A stretch of DNA of 45,712 nucleotides, from NCBI GenBank assembly GCA_964487475.1, contig CAZAPM010000001.1, positions 76,374-122,085 of the forward strand. Reading direction: 5' to 3'. The DNA is from an uncultured Planctomycetales bacterium. GTDB taxonomy: Bacteria > Omnitrophota > Gorgyraeia > Gygaellales > Profunditerraquicolaceae. The translations under genes were made by a program, and so were the position numbers. Every line of letters starts with the position of its first letter. Position 1 is the first letter of the stretch. The notes beneath the pieces were generated by a model. The model had not been told where the DNA came from. It was given only the letters and a program-made list of their open reading frames with translations, and ran no database searches. Shown here piece after piece: positions 44,716-45,712 of the stretch.

Positions 44716-45712
44716 GCGGCGATCTTCCCGTCGTATATGTGAAGGAGTTCGGTTGTCCGACCATGAAGAGTTTCGCCCGCACGCTCGCAGGAAAACTGAC
44801 CGCACGCGGTTTTCTCGTGCTGCCTACGCAGGACCAGGGGCCTTTGAGTATGGGAGGGGAGGAGTTCCGTCGAGCCTTACGTGCTTCCGTGTGTATCTTC
44901 TATACGTGCGGGATCGTGGATTTCTGTGAACGGCAGATCGGCGCCTATATGAAAGAGGTTGTGGAAAAGAACCCTCTCGCGAGAATTGTCGTCACGGGAT
45001 GCAGTGCGGACCGTTTTGCGGCGATGCCGGGGGTGCTGCTGGCGACTCAGGAGGAGGGAGCGATCCTTCGTGCTTTGCGGCGCTGGTTCCCCGGTCGCCG
45101 TCCGGGTGTTTCCGTGACCCGCAGTACACCGGTCCGGAAGGAGGAGATCTTGGTCAAGAGCGGATGCACGAAGTTCTGTGCATACTGTGAGGAGCCTTTT
45201 CTGCGCCGCGGTTCAGGGACGCTCTGTCGTTATGAACGCGCGGAGTCGATCGTGCGCGCCGTCCTGCGCTCCCAGCGTAAAGGGGCGAGGGAGGTACAGC
45301 TTGTCGGGGTCTGCATCGGGGATTGGCGTGATCCTCTCACGGGGATGCGTTTGGACGGGTTGTTGAAGCGGATACTGCGCGAGACGAACGTACGGATCGT
45401 GGGGCTGGAACTTCATCCGCGGGATTGTACCGCGCAGATCAGGAAGCTGCTTTCGCACGAAAGGGTCGGCAGGAAGATCTCCGTTCCGGTGGAAAGCGGT
45501 TCGACACGCGTACTGCGACGCATGAGGAGGGGGTATACGGCCGTTCAGGCGCGCCGCCTGCTCCAGGAGCTCGTGCGCGAGGTCCCCGGTATCTCTATTT
45601 CGACTGATATCATCGTTGGTTTCCCGGGGGAGACAGAAAAGGATTTTCTCGCTACCTGTGCGTTGGTCACCAAGTTTCCTTTTGAACGAGTGTATGTTAT
45701 GCGGTATAATGA
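44712..45712 (+). CDS. MiaB/MtaB-like methylthiotransferase-family radical SAM (copy 3), truncated by the window end
   Basis: Not in the ORF track because it has no stop in the window. Hand translation from ATG 44712 is open to the end: EFGCPTM, FYTCG, VVTGC, KSGCTKFCAYC, VESGSTRVLRRMRRGY, STDIIVGFPGETEKDF. Confidence 0.85.
   Translation, partial: MSGDLPVVYVKEFGCPTMKSFARTLAGKLTARGFLVLPTQDQGPLSMGGEEFRRALRASVCIFYTCGIVDFCERQIGAYMKEVVEKNPLARIVVTGCSADRFAAMPGVLLATQEEGAILRALRRWFPGRRPGVSVTRSTPVRKEEILVKSGCTKFCAYCEEPFLRRGSGTLCRYERAESIVRAVLRSQRKGAREVQLVGVCIGDWRDPLTGMRLDGLLKRILRETNVRIVGLELHPRDCTAQIRKLLSHERVGRKISVPVESGSTRVLRRMRRGYTAVQARRLLQELVREVPGISISTDIIVGFPGETEKDFLATCALVTKFPFERVYVMRYN

Overview
Bacterial chromosomal window, almost all on the + strand, in three blocks. 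(1) 29-11032: a type IV pilus/T2SS-like locus with a PilX-like gene, a small Xis/BldC-type HTH gene, fused PilM-PilN, PilO, PilP-like, secretin, PilB, PilC, a major pilin with its own promoter and terminator, and five further prepilin-like genes. No PilT or PilD is visible in this block. (2) 11040-16513: tRNA-Ala(CGC) preceded by three 41-42 bp hairpin repeats, then an AmmeMemoRadiSam B-A fusion, rsmE, an ArnT/PMT-like membrane glycosyltransferase and mtaB. (3) 16577 to the window end (>29 kb, truncated): a very large His-Xaa-Ser (Hxs) RiPP-like supercluster built from two parallel modules. Each module has a sigma70 promoter, a secreted 'TVTTYYPSPxGSYN' protein, HxsD, a short HxsD-like protein, an HxsB radical SAM, and a His-rich precursor next to a secreted Cys-rich protein. 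Together they carry 14 radical SAM genes (3 MiaB/MtaB-like, 2 HemN-like), a glycosyltransferase, DegT aminotransferase, deacetylase-rSAM fusion, GNAT, kinase, methyltransferase, a candidate ABBA prenyltransferase and an A24 prepilin-type peptidase. The two precursors share a leader (KKxLx[DE]FxxxExGxM[ST]K + hydrophobic stretch) resembling Flp/Tad prepilin leaders. The main hypothesis is a heavily modified, membrane-processed and possibly pilus- or surface-associated peptide system. Gene style suggests Ca. Omnitrophota or a related lineage (inference only). All calls come from motif reading, not database searches.
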